DNA of 64,000 bases, taken from an uncultured Acidobacteriota bacterium (GTDB lineage Bacteria > Acidobacteriota > Vicinamibacteria > Vicinamibacterales > CAVVIG01). Shown in pieces: positions 37,668 to 48,353 of the stretch; position 1 is the stretch's first letter; every line of letters starts with the position of its first letter. The notes below the pieces were generated by a model. It saw only the letters and a list, made by a program, of their open reading frames with translations, did no database searches and was not told where the DNA came from. The stretch lies in assembly GCA_963755195.1 (NCBI GenBank), contig CAVWIZ010000003.1, positions 44,154-108,153 on the forward strand. Direction: 5' to 3'. Made by a program: the position numbers and the translations under genes.

Positions 37668-39260
37668 CTACCGCGCCTCGCACGCAAAATTCGCGGCGTC
37701 GTTCACGCTCCCGGCGCCTTTGTAGCGCGCGACCTGCGGATACGGGCACAGCGGCCTCGTGAACTTCACGCCGCTTGACGCGTCGTCCGGCGAGTTGTAT
37801 TTCGACGCGACGATCGCGGACGGGGCTGCACCATGCTCCACCCAGCGTTCGAGAGCTGCGCTCATATTGCGCGATGGATCGGGTTCAACGGGTGGAAGGC
37901 CCGGCGCCGTGCCGAAGTTGTCGGCGCCGGGTCCGTCGCCGCAGTGCTCCATCCCAGGCACCATATAGAGCCGGATCGTGTCGTCCGCGCCCTTCTTCCC
38001 GAGCTTCGCCGCGGCATTGCGGTAGTAGTCAATCGTCGCTATCGGCGACAGCGCGGGATCGCTCCAGCCGTGAAACAGGATCAGCTTTCCTCCGCGTTTC
38101 CGGAACGCGCGCAGATCCGGATCGATCGCGTTGAGCACGCGGCCTGCCAGATCATCGGCGGCCTTGGCATCACGATCGACATCGAAAGTCCTGTAGTCGT
38201 ACGCGGCGTTCTGAAAGACGATGTTCGACAGGGCCTGCGTGGCTAAGAGGTACGCCGCGCTCCGATCCGCTCCCGCGCCCGACATCCATCCCGCCCATCC
38301 GGCCTCACCACCAGGCTGGAACCCCGGATACAACCGTTCGCCTTTTGCGGTTTGCGGCCCGCCGTAGATTTTCCTGAGCGCCGCAACCTGCGGCGCCGTC
38401 AGGCAGGCATCCGACTCGGGTCCCTTGCACAGGAGCACCGACGGATCGAACACGCACTTGTCCGGCTCGTCGATGATGCCGTCCTTCACGCCGTCTCGCG
38501 CGTCGCACGCTGCAACGGCTGCCGCCTTAACCGCCGCGAATTTTCTATCGGGGAGAGAGCTCGCGGGATCGAGCCTGGTCGCGAGCAGGTTCCAGGTGAG
38601 CCCCGTCAGGATGCGCGTGAAGTTAGCCGCCGGGGCACCTGCGATGATGCCGTCGTAATCGGCCGGATATCGCTGCGCTTCCATCAGGGCCTGACGGCCG
38701 CCGTTGGAACAGCTGCTGAAATACGAATACTTCGCGGGTTCGCCATAGAAGGCGCGGATGATGATCTTGGCCTTCTCGGCGGTCTCATGAATCGCCCGGT
38801 AGCCGTAGTCGGTGATCTTTTCACGATGGCCGAGCGCCCACCGGGCATCGAGGCCGTCGGCGTGATGTCCGGTATCAGTCGATGACGCGGCATAGCCGGC
38901 CTTGAGAGCTGACGCGAGCCCGCCGCCTTCACTGGCGTACTCAATAGCGCCCGCAAACGCGCCGTTGCCTACGCCCTGATACTTGCCGTTCCAGCCGGCG
39001 ACCGGGAGCCACACCTCGAATTCGATGTGTGAGTCTTTCGTGGGTGCAATCACGCCCTGCACTCGGCAGAACGCCGGAAGCGTGACCGGCTGAGCGGGCG
39101 CGCCAGGCACCGCGAACGGCCCGGCCTCAATGGACTTCGCCTGCGTGATCGTCGCGTCGCCGAGCGGCAGCGACTTCAGCTCGGCACAGGGTGTGGCCGC
39201 GCGGGCATTGACGGCCGAGAGCACGCATGTAAGGACCATCGCTCCTGTCACGGCACGCAT
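37668..39260 (-). CDS. tannase/feruloyl esterase family alpha/beta hydrolase, secreted
   Basis: 530-aa ORF with signal peptide. SYFSSCSNGGRQALMEAQRYPADYDGIIAGAP nucleophile region typical of the tannase/feruloyl esterase family. Confidence 0.85.
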   Translation of the reverse strand: MRAVTGAMVLTCVLSAVNARAATPCAELKSLPLGDATITQAKSIEAGPFAVPGAPAQPVTLPAFCRVQGVIAPTKDSHIEFEVWLPVAGWNGKYQGVGNGAFAGAIEYASEGGGLASALKAGYAASSTDTGHHADGLDARWALGHREKITDYGYRAIHETAEKAKIIIRAFYGEPAKYSYFSSCSNGGRQALMEAQRYPADYDGIIAGAPAANFTRILTGLTWNLLATRLDPASSLPDRKFAAVKAAAVAACDARDGVKDGIIDEPDKCVFDPSVLLCKGPESDACLTAPQVAALRKIYGGPQTAKGERLYPGFQPGGEAGWAGWMSGAGADRSAAYLLATQALSNIVFQNAAYDYRTFDVDRDAKAADDLAGRVLNAIDPDLRAFRKRGGKLILFHGWSDPALSPIATIDYYRNAAAKLGKKGADDTIRLYMVPGMEHCGDGPGADNFGTAPGLPPVEPDPSRNMSAALERWVEHGAAPSAIVASKYNSPDDASSGVKFTRPLCPYPQVARYKGAGSVNDAANFACEAR

Positions 39261-39283
39261 GCGACCTTCTCGCGTTCAGCCGT

Positions 39284-40082
39284 TCATCGCTGGTCGTGGT
39301 GGTCGTTGTTCTGCAGGAACTTGCCGTCTTCCTCGACGCAGCGCGGCGACTCTTCGAGCGGCTCGGTAGACGGCTTCACCAACCGAACCGCCATCGTCCA
39401 CGGAGCCGTGAGCACCTTCGGATCGTCAACGGTGACCTGGTAGGCGAGGTTGGCGCCATGGCGCCAGAAGCGCTCCGTGACGCGCATCGCGTCGCTGTGG
39501 AAATAGCCGCCCTCGCCAAACCATGTCTCTTCGACGAAGCCGGTCGCGTCCACGACGAGCGTGTTGCCTTCCCAGCGTCCCACGGAGTCTCCGTAGTACG
39601 AAGGGTTGGGGTCTTTGCGATGCGGGCGGCCGTCGGTGGGAATGATGCGGTAGGGATCGCCCGAGATGTCTTCGTAGAGGAACACCATTTCATTCGGCAG
39701 CTGGATGATCCGGCGCGGCGGTCCGATGCGCGGAACGCCGGGCCTGCCGCAGTAGAACACATGATCGGTCTTGCTCTCGTGATCGTACAGGTCCTTCACC
39801 TTGGCTCTGAACTCGGGCTTGTAGGACGGCTCGGGCGTCGAGGGCAGCGCGCCCGGCACGTCGGTCGTCGCGGGCCGACGACCGCTCGCGTCGATGCCCT
39901 TCACGGACACGGTGCCGTTGATCTGCCGTTTGAGCGCGATCGGCGCCAGATCGATAGAAAAGAGCCAGGTGCCGCTCAAGTCTGGGGCCCCGGCTGCACT
40001 CCGGGGGCCTCTGCCGGCTCTGAGCCGTCAGGGCCGTCGTCGTCAGCGCCGCGATCGCCACGATAAAGGTGAGGTGTTTCAT
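39284..40082 (-). pseudogene. conserved secreted hypothetical protein, frame-disrupted between 39984 and 40020
   Basis: Signal peptide MKHLTFIVAIAALTTTALTAQS lies in ORF 39690..40082. The mature part (..APDLSGTWLFSIDLAPIALKRQ...) lies in ORF 39284..39979, one frame over. The junction lies in G/C homopolymer runs (GGGGG 40003-07, GGGGCCCC 39984-91). Confidence 0.6.
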
Positions 40083-40097
40083 CGCGCTCCACTCCCG

Positions 40098-40503
40098 CTA
40101 TGGATTGCCGGAAGCCTGAGGGGCCACAAGTTCCAGTGAGTTGCCGTCGGCGAATGTCACCTTGAGCATGTAGCCAAAGGCCGAACCGTCCTTCGCGCGG
40201 TTGCCTTCGACCGTGATGGTCTGTCCGATGGCCTTCGCGAAATCGACGCGGTTGACGCCCACGCGCCGAAACCAGGCGGGCGGATTGCTCTGGAATTTCC
40301 AGGCTTCGGGGCCGCCCGCGCCCTTCACCTCCATGAGAATGACTGATGTGCGGGTTGACCCAGTCCACTTTCGTCAGCGTACCGGCGATCGTGATCCGGC
40401 GCGTGACGTCGAACTCGGCCGTGGTCGAATGATGCGCGGACACGGCCGCCGCGGCCACAAGCATCGTCGCAACGATCACGGCGCCGCACATCTGATGTCG
40501 CAC
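40098..40503 (-). pseudogene. small secreted protein, DUF6152-like, frame-disrupted near 40334-40348
   Basis: N-terminus MRHQMCGAVIVATMLVAAAAVSAHHSTTAEFDVTRRITIAGTLTKVDWVNPHI (ORF 39976..40503). Continues as (I)LMEVKGAGGPEAWKFQSNPPAWFRRVGV... in ORF 40098..40334. Confidence 0.55.
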
Positions 40504-40519
40504 GGTAGCCCTTGTGTGA

Positions 40520-40738
40520 TCAGGTGTTCGTCGAGAGCAAGTCGATGGCGGATCGGACCAACGGGTCGAGACCGGCGCCGCCCTCGCGGTAGTGCGCGAC
40601 GATTTCGCGTCGCATGCGCGGATCCCAAAAGCGCGTCAGGTGGCCGGCGATGTTCTTCGCGGCTTCGGTCTTGTCCTGCTCGGCGTTGAAGAAGGCGCCG
40701 ATGTCGTTGGCCATCGACACCAGACGTTCGGCTCTCAC
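40520..40738 (-). CDS. fdsD: formate dehydrogenase subunit delta
   Basis: C-terminal 72 codons of ORF 40520..40867. GTG 40738 overlaps the fdsA TGA (GTGA). RAERLVSMANDIGAFFNAEQDK...HLTRFWDPRMR is an FdsD-like pattern. Confidence 0.75.
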   Translation of the reverse strand: MRAERLVSMANDIGAFFNAEQDKTEAAKNIAGHLTRFWDPRMRREIVAHYREGGAGLDPLVRSAIDLLSTNT

Positions 40739-43584
40739 GCGTGCGTCGCCTCGCGGCCCTTCAAGAGTTCGAGCTGCTGTTCGGTGAACTCGTGGAACCG
40801 CTTCTGCCACTCGGACGGGTGATTCACCTTGACGATTTCCACCGCCGTCACCTTGTACTCGGGGCAATTGGTGGCCCAGTCCGAATTCTCCGTGGTCACG
40901 ACGTTGGCGCCGGACTCCGGGAAGTGAAACGTCGTGTAGACGACGCCGGGCCGCACGCGATCGGTGACGTCCGCGTGCAGCACGATTTCACCAGAGCGGC
41001 TGGTCAACCCCACGAGGTCGCCCTGCACGATGCCGCGCACCTCGGCGTCGTGCGGGTGAATCTCGAGGACGTCGGCCGACGCCCACGTGACGTTCTGCGT
41101 GCGCCGCGTCTGCGCGCCGACGTTGTACTGCGTGAGAATCCGGCCCGTCGTCAACAGCAGCGGGTAGCGCCGGGTGGCGCGCTCGCTCGTCGCGACGTAC
41201 TCGGTGACGAAGAACTTGCCCTTCCCCCGCACGAACTCGCCCATGTGCATCGTCGGCGTCCCTTCGGGCGCCTTGTCGGTGCACGGCCACTGGATGCTGC
41301 CGAGGCGATCGAGCTTTTCGTAGGAGAACGCGCTGAACGTCGGCGTCAGCCGCGCGATCTCGTCCATGATTTCCGACGGGTGCCGATAGTGCATCGGATA
41401 GCCCAATGCGTTCGACAGCAGCATCGTGACTTCCCAGTCCTGGAAGCCCGCCTTGGGCTCCATCACCTTACGCACGCGCGACACGCGGCGCTCGGCGTTG
41501 GTGAAGGTGCCGTCTTTTTCGAGGAACGACGATCCGGGCAGGAACACGTGCGCGTACTTCGCGGTTTCGTTCAGGAACAGATCCTGGACGACCACGCATT
41601 CCATCTTCGCCAGCGCGGCCGTGACGTGCTGCGTGTCGGGATCGGACTGAGCGGGGTCTTCGCCCTGAACATACATGCCTTTGAAGCTGCCGTCGAGCGC
41701 GGCTTCGAACATGTTCGGGATGCGCAGCCCGGGTTCGGCTATCAGCGGCACGCCCCAGTCGTGTTCGAACAGCGCGCGCGTCGTCGGATCGGACACGTGC
41801 CGATACCCGCTGAACTCGTGCGGGAACGAGCCCATGTCGCATGAGCCCTGCACGTTGTTCTGCCCGCGCAGCGGGCTGATGCCGACGCCCTCGCGGCCGA
41901 CGTTGCCGGTGGCCATCGCCAGGTTGGCGATGCACATCACCATCGTCGAGCCCTGGCTGTGTTCGGTGACGCCGAGGCCGTAGTAGATGGCGCCGTTTCC
42001 GGCCTTCGCGTACATCCGTGCCGCTTCGCGAACCAGTTCCGGCTTCACGCCCGTGGACGAGGCGGTGGCTTCGGGCGAGTTGCGATCCTCGGCGACGAAG
42101 GTCTTCCACTTGCGGTAGGAATCCGCCTCGCAGCGATCGGCCACGTACTGCTCTTTGGTCAGCCCTTCGGTGACGATGACATGCGCGATTGAGTTGAACA
42201 GCGCGACGTTGGTGCCCGGCCGCAGCGGCAGGTGGTAGTCCGCCTTGATGTGGGGCGTCTTGACCAGGCCGATCTCGCGCGGGTCGATGACGATGAGCTT
42301 CGCGCCCTGACGGAGGCGACGCTTGAGCTGCGACGCGAACACCGGGTGGCCCTCCGTCGGGTTCGCGCCGACGACGATGATGGTGTCGGCCTTCATCACC
42401 GAGTCGAAGGCCTGCGTGCCCGCGGATTCGCCGATCGTGCTCTTGAGGCCGTACCCCGTCGGGGAATGACAGACGCGGGCGCACGTGTCCACGTTGTTGT
42501 TGCCGAACGCCGCGCGCACCAGCTTCTGGACGAGGAACGCCTCCTCGTTCGTGCAGCGCGATGACGGGATGCCGCCAATCGAATCGCGCCCGTACTTCGC
42601 CTGGATGCGGCGGAACTCGCTCGCCGCGTGGCCGATCGCTTCGTCCCACGTGACCTGCTGCCACGGCTCGTCGATCGACTTGCGGATCATCGGCGTCGTG
42701 ATGCGGTCGCGATGCGTGGCGTAGCCGATGGCAAAGCGGCCCTTCACGCACGCGTGGCCGTGGTTCGCGTGGCCGTCGCGGTTGGGCACCATGCGGATGA
42801 CTTCGCCGTCCTTCGACTCCGCGTTGAACGAGCAGCCCACTCCACAGTACGCGCACGTGGTCGTCGTCACCTTCGTCGGAGGGCCGAGCTGGAGAAGCGA
42901 CTTCTCCACGAGCGCTCCCGTCGGGCACGACTCGACGCACGCGCCGCACGAGACGCACTCGGACGCCAGGAATGATTCGTTCTGGCTGGCGGACACCTTC
43001 GAATTGAACCCGCGGCCCTGAATCGTCAGCGCGAACGTCCCCTGCACCTCGTCGCACGCCCGCACACAGCGGGAACAGACGATGCACTCGGACTGATCGA
43101 ACGTGAAGTACGGGTTGCTTTCGTCTTTTGCCGCGTTCAGGTGTTGTTGTCCGCCGACGCCGTACCGAGAGCCGGTAACGCCGAGGACCGAGGCCATGTC
43201 GTGAACCTCGCAGCGGGTCGTCGGCGACTTCGACGCGCAGTCGGCCGGATGATCGGAGAGGTAGAGCTCCATCACGTTGCGGCGGAGCTGGGTCAGCTTC
43301 GGTGTTTCCGTCCTCACCTTGATGCCGTCGGCCACGAGCGTCGTGCACGACGCCGGATAGCCGCGGCGCCCTTCGATCTCCACGAGGCACAGGCGGCAGG
43401 ACCCGAACGCCTTCATCGTGTCGGTGGCGCAGAGCTTCGGGATGTGCGTGCCGGCCATCGCGGCCGCGCGCATGATCGACGTGCCGTCAGCAACGGTAAT
43501 CGTCTGGCCGTCGATCTCCAGCGTGACGCGCTTCGGGTTGTCGACGTGTGGCGTGCCTTTGTCGTCGTAGCCAGTGGAATACAT
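40735..43584 (-). CDS. fdsA: NAD-dependent formate dehydrogenase subunit alpha (molybdopterin)
   Basis: ORF 40735..43659 with start MYSTGYDDKGTPHV (43584). N-terminal 2Fe-2S/4Fe-4S cysteine clusters (CATDTMKAFGSCRLC, CIVCSRCVRAC, CVSCGACVESCP). Cys, not Sec, at the Mo site (ARVCHSPTG). Confidence 0.9.
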   Translation of the reverse strand: MYSTGYDDKGTPHVDNPKRVTLEIDGQTITVADGTSIMRAAAMAGTHIPKLCATDTMKAFGSCRLCLVEIEGRRGYPASCTTLVADGIKVRTETPKLTQLRRNVMELYLSDHPADCASKSPTTRCEVHDMASVLGVTGSRYGVGGQQHLNAAKDESNPYFTFDQSECIVCSRCVRACDEVQGTFALTIQGRGFNSKVSASQNESFLASECVSCGACVESCPTGALVEKSLLQLGPPTKVTTTTCAYCGVGCSFNAESKDGEVIRMVPNRDGHANHGHACVKGRFAIGYATHRDRITTPMIRKSIDEPWQQVTWDEAIGHAASEFRRIQAKYGRDSIGGIPSSRCTNEEAFLVQKLVRAAFGNNNVDTCARVCHSPTGYGLKSTIGESAGTQAFDSVMKADTIIVVGANPTEGHPVFASQLKRRLRQGAKLIVIDPREIGLVKTPHIKADYHLPLRPGTNVALFNSIAHVIVTEGLTKEQYVADRCEADSYRKWKTFVAEDRNSPEATASSTGVKPELVREAARMYAKAGNGAIYYGLGVTEHSQGSTMVMCIANLAMATGNVGREGVGISPLRGQNNVQGSCDMGSFPHEFSGYRHVSDPTTRALFEHDWGVPLIAEPGLRIPNMFEAALDGSFKGMYVQGEDPAQSDPDTQHVTAALAKMECVVVQDLFLNETAKYAHVFLPGSSFLEKDGTFTNAERRVSRVRKVMEPKAGFQDWEVTMLLSNALGYPMHYRHPSEIMDEIARLTPTFSAFSYEKLDRLGSIQWPCTDKAPEGTPTMHMGEFVRGKGKFFVTEYVATSERATRRYPLLLTTGRILTQYNVGAQTRRTQNVTWASADVLEIHPHDAEVRGIVQGDLVGLTSRSGEIVLHADVTDRVRPGVVYTTFHFPESGANVVTTENSDWATNCPEYKVTAVEIVKVNHPSEWQKRFHEFTEQQLELLKGREATHA

Positions 43585-43594
43585 GCTGCTTCGG

Positions 43595-45156
<1,562 letters not shown>

Positions 45157-45157
<1 letters not shown>

Positions 45158-45636
45158 TACCGCTTCTCCCACTGGGAAACGATCGCGTCAAAGCGATCGG
45201 GCGTGACGCGACCGTAGAGCTCGCCGTCCACCATGATCGCCGGCGAACACGCGCAGTTGCCCAGGCAGTACACCGGCTCGAACGAAAACGCGCCATTCGA
45301 CGTCGTCCCGTGAAAATCCACGCCCAATGTCTTCTTGGCGTGCGCTTCGAGCGCCTTCTGGTTCATCGACTGGCATGCCTCGGCCCGGCAGAGGTGAATC
45401 GTGTGACGGCCCGGCGGATGTTCGCGGAAGTAGTGATAGAAGCTGATGACGCCGTGCACTTCCGCGCGCGACAGATTCAGCCCAAGGGCGATGGTGGGCA
45501 CCGCGGCCGCGGGCACGTAGCCGAGCGCATCCTGAATCGCGTGGAGAATCGGCAGCAGTCCGCCGGGCGTGTCTTTCAGCTTTGATACGACGCCGGCGAC
45601 AACCTCGGCAACCTTGGGATCGAGTGATGACATCAA
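45157..45636 (-). CDS. fdsG: formate dehydrogenase subunit gamma (NuoE-like 2Fe-2S)
   Basis: 159-aa ORF. LLPILHAIQD...ISFYHYF...LCRAEACQ...CLGNCACSPA thioredoxin-like ferredoxin cysteines. Confidence 0.85.
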
Positions 45637-45813
45637 TCTAGTAGTTTACTTGGTCCGGAGCGAATGCGCTTTGGCTCCACATCGACGTGCAGATTCTGCC
45701 ACGGCGGCTCGGTCCGCGCCGGAAGTTTCTGCGATGCGACGGCAACCTGAGACGTCCATCGCGCCTTGGAGTCGCATCGATCGACCCGGCACGCACCGTG
45801 CTCACGACGACGC

Positions 45814-45819
45814 TACAAT
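45814..45819 (+). promoter_or_regulatory. -10-like TACAAT 6 nt upstream of the Uma2 ATG (leaderless-type spacing)
   Basis: cgcTACAATgagccgATG; no Shine-Dalgarno sequence is possible in 6 nt. Confidence 0.35.
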
Positions 45820-45825
45820 GAGCCG

Positions 45826-46410
45826 ATGCCAGGGAGCGATCGCGTGAATCCGGCCAACCCAGGCCTGAAGCTCACCTACGACGACTACCTGCTGTTTCCC
45901 GACGATGGGAATCGGCACGAGTTGATCGACGGAGAGCACTACGTGACGCCATCGCCCAGGCTGAATCATCAGGGTGTCTCCGGCAACATCTATCTGCTGA
46001 TTGCGTCATGGCTCGAGGCTCACCCGATTGGACGCGTCTACTACGCCCCGGTGGACCTGGTGTTCTCGAACTTCGATGTCGTGGAGCCCGACCTGCTGTA
46101 TCTCTCCAATGAGCGCCACGCGCAAATCGCCACGCCGAAGAACATGCAGGGCGCGCCCGAGCTCGTCGTTGAAATCGGATCGCCCGCCACGCGGAAGCGA
46201 GACGAAACAATCAAGAAACGGCTGTACGAGCGTTCGGGCGTTGAGGAGTACTGGGTCGTCGATCCCGAGACGGACGTCGTCCGGGTGTACCGCCGCGAGG
46301 CGGAGGGATTCGGCCGTGTTGTTGAATTGTCACGCGAGGCCGGCGACGTGCTGACGACGCCGTTGCTCGCAGGTCTCGAGCTTCCGCTGATCCGAATCTT
46401 TCGCCAGTAG
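45826..46410 (+). CDS. Uma2 family endonuclease (DUF820)
   Basis: ORF 45766..46410 with start MPGSDRVNPANP (ATG 45826). ELIDGE...VEPDLLY...PELVVEIGSPATRKRDETIKKRLYERSGVEEYWVVDP is the Uma2 restriction-endonuclease-like core. Confidence 0.85.
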   Translation: MPGSDRVNPANPGLKLTYDDYLLFPDDGNRHELIDGEHYVTPSPRLNHQGVSGNIYLLIASWLEAHPIGRVYYAPVDLVFSNFDVVEPDLLYLSNERHAQIATPKNMQGAPELVVEIGSPATRKRDETIKKRLYERSGVEEYWVVDPETDVVRVYRREAEGFGRVVELSREAGDVLTTPLLAGLELPLIRIFRQ

Positions 46411-46463
46411 CGATTCGCGCGTCGATCCCCACCGGTCTGAATGGTGTGGAGACGTGCGGAGCC

Positions 46464-47786
46464 TCACTTGCCCCTGGGCCCGGGTGGCATGAGTTCGCGA
46501 AGCGCAATCACTTCCGCTGCGATGGCGGTCTTGATGGTCGGCTCACGGTCGGGCGCAAACAGCGAAGAATGTAGCGACGGGAGCGCGGCCCCTGATTTCA
46601 TGGCCGCGTCGTAGGCGACTGGGCTGACGGCGCCGACCCGCAGCATGAGCGCCGGTACGCCGGCGAGGTGAAACTCCGAAAAGTCTTCGCTGGCCATTTC
46701 CGGCGGCGTGTCCTTCGCCCGGTCCTGACCCAATTCGCGAACCAGCGCGGCCGACACGCGCGCGGTCAAGGCCGGATCGTTGACCAACGCATTCGCGCCC
46801 GCGCCCATCTCAATCAGCGGCTCGCGCGGAGCAGCCGCAGCCGCCGCCTCTGCCTTGGCCACGCGGGCAATCGCATTCAGAAGCCGCTTGCGCACCGCCT
46901 CTGTAAAGGAACGGACCGTGAGCTCGAGCCGCACTTCATCGGGAATGATGTTGTTCTTGGTTCCGCCATGAATGGAGCCGACGGTGATCACGGCCGGATC
47001 GAACGGCGAGTTCTCGCGCGACACAATCGTCTGCAAAGCGAGCACCGTCCGGGCGGCGATGACAATCGGATCCACTGTCGCGTCCGGACGAGCGCCATGT
47101 CCGCCGCGCCCGAAGATGGTGATGCTCACCGAGTCGGCATTGGTCAGAATCGGGCCCGCGTGATAGCCCACGACGCCCGCTGGCATCCGCGCATCGTCGT
47201 GCACCGCCAGCGCGTAGTCGGGCCGGGGAAACCGTGTGAACAAGCCGTCGGCGAGCATCGCCTTTGCACCCATGATCAGTTCTTCCGCGGGCTGGCCAAT
47301 CAGCACGAGCGTGCCCCTCCACCGCGTGCGGCTGTTGGCCATGATGCGGGCTGTGCCCATCCATGCCGCCATATGAATGTCGTGTCCGCATGCCTGCATC
47401 ACGCCCACGTCCGCGCCGCTGTCGTCCTTGGTCCGCACCACGCTGGCATAGGGAAGTCCGGTGTTCTCGGTCACGGGCAGGGCATCCAACTCGGTCCGCA
47501 GCATCACGGTCGGTCCCATACCGTTTTTCAGCACGCCCACCACGCCGGTCCGGCCAATCCCCGTCGTCACTTCGTAGCCAAGCGCTCGGAGTTCCGTCGC
47601 CAGCTTGGCGGCCGTCTGCTGCTCGTGAAACGAAAGCTCCGGGTGCTGGTGCAGGTCGAGGTACAGCGCCTCTGACTGCGGATAAACGGCTTGCACCTCG
47701 GCGGCAATTCCCGAGCCGCTCTGAGCCTCAATGGAAGGGGCCATGAGCAACGCCAACACGCCGAGAAGAGTAGAACGACAGTTCAT
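46464..47786 (-). CDS. M20 family amidohydrolase (hippurate-hydrolase-like), secreted
   Basis: 440-aa ORF with signal peptide. LHQHPELSFHE...MLRTELDALP...ACGHDIH...GQPAEE motifs of the M20D subfamily. Confidence 0.85.
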   Translation of the reverse strand: MNCRSTLLGVLALLMAPSIEAQSGSGIAAEVQAVYPQSEALYLDLHQHPELSFHEQQTAAKLATELRALGYEVTTGIGRTGVVGVLKNGMGPTVMLRTELDALPVTENTGLPYASVVRTKDDSGADVGVMQACGHDIHMAAWMGTARIMANSRTRWRGTLVLIGQPAEELIMGAKAMLADGLFTRFPRPDYALAVHDDARMPAGVVGYHAGPILTNADSVSITIFGRGGHGARPDATVDPIVIAARTVLALQTIVSRENSPFDPAVITVGSIHGGTKNNIIPDEVRLELTVRSFTEAVRKRLLNAIARVAKAEAAAAAAPREPLIEMGAGANALVNDPALTARVSAALVRELGQDRAKDTPPEMASEDFSEFHLAGVPALMLRVGAVSPVAYDAAMKSGAALPSLHSSLFAPDREPTIKTAIAAEVIALRELMPPGPRGK

Positions 47787-47856
47787 TGTGTGCCTCGTGT
47801 CTGTCAGCAGGCGAGTAGTCTACCTAATTGCACAGAGGCGCGCGCTGCGGGTCTGC

Positions 47857-47862
47857 TAGAAT
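47857..47862 (+). promoter_or_regulatory. -10-like TAGAAT 11 nt upstream of ATG 47874
   Basis: ctgcTAGAATttctcgtggctATG. Confidence 0.3.
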
Positions 47863-47873
47863 TTCTCGTGGCT

Positions 47874-48112
47874 ATGCTGCCGTCGCGCACCACGCTCGCC
47901 ACACTCAGCGACGCGCTCTATCGCGAGGAAGTTGCTCGGGCTCGCGCGATGCAGCCGGGTGAGAAACTGCTCGAAGGTCCGCGCCTGTTCGAACGGGCCT
48001 GTCGCCTGATGCCGATGGCATCCGCCACCAGCATCCGGAGCTTGATGAAACCGGCGTGCAGGCGATCCTGATCAGCCGACTGAACCGGCTCCGGTCCATC
48101 GAGCGCACGTGA
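47874..48112 (+). pseudogene. hypothetical small protein (possible antitoxin-like partner), frame-disrupted near 48008-48014
   Basis: MLPSRTTLATLSDALYREEVARARAMQPGEKLLEGPRLFERACRLM then -1 frame ADGIRHQHPELDETGVQAILISRLNRLRSIERT*. The corrected stop is coupled by GTGA to the next ORF. Confidence 0.4.
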
Positions 48113-48328
48113 CGGCCGACGAAGCAGTGCGTGCGGTGCTGGACGCGCATTGTGACGAAGCTGCGTTGGGCAAGCCAGGCCGACCGTGCGAAGGATCGCG
48201 ACGACGTTCGCAATATCCTCGCGGTGCGAGGAGCCGACGTCGACTGGGACTACCTGGGCCGCTGGTCAACCGAACATGGCACCTCGACCCTGCTCGAACA
48301 GATCCGCACGTCGATTCCCAGCCTCTGA
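48109..48328 (+). pseudogene. remnant of a larger gene: only N- and C-terminal pieces remain
   Basis: GTG 48109 gives MTADEAVRAVLDA.., followed one frame over by IVTKLRWASQADRAKDRDDVRNILAVRGADVDWDYLGRWSTEHG.. (ORF 48131..48328). The KLRW..KD..D tail looks like the end of a longer protein; family not established. Confidence 0.3.
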
Positions 48329-48353
48329 CGGCAACCGAAGCGACGGGACTCTG

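Noticed and set aside
40735-43584. Selenocysteine (in-frame TGA) in the formate dehydrogenase alpha subunit.
   Set aside because: The ORF is uninterrupted and the Mo-ligand position reads Cys (ARVCHSPTG), as in NAD-dependent FdsA-type enzymes.
45700-45790. Inverted repeat GATGCGAC...GTCGCATC in the fdsG/Uma2 divergent region as an operator.
   Set aside because: It is a single 8-9-bp inverted repeat with a 30-nt spacer. That is too weak to call a regulatory site without comparative or experimental support.
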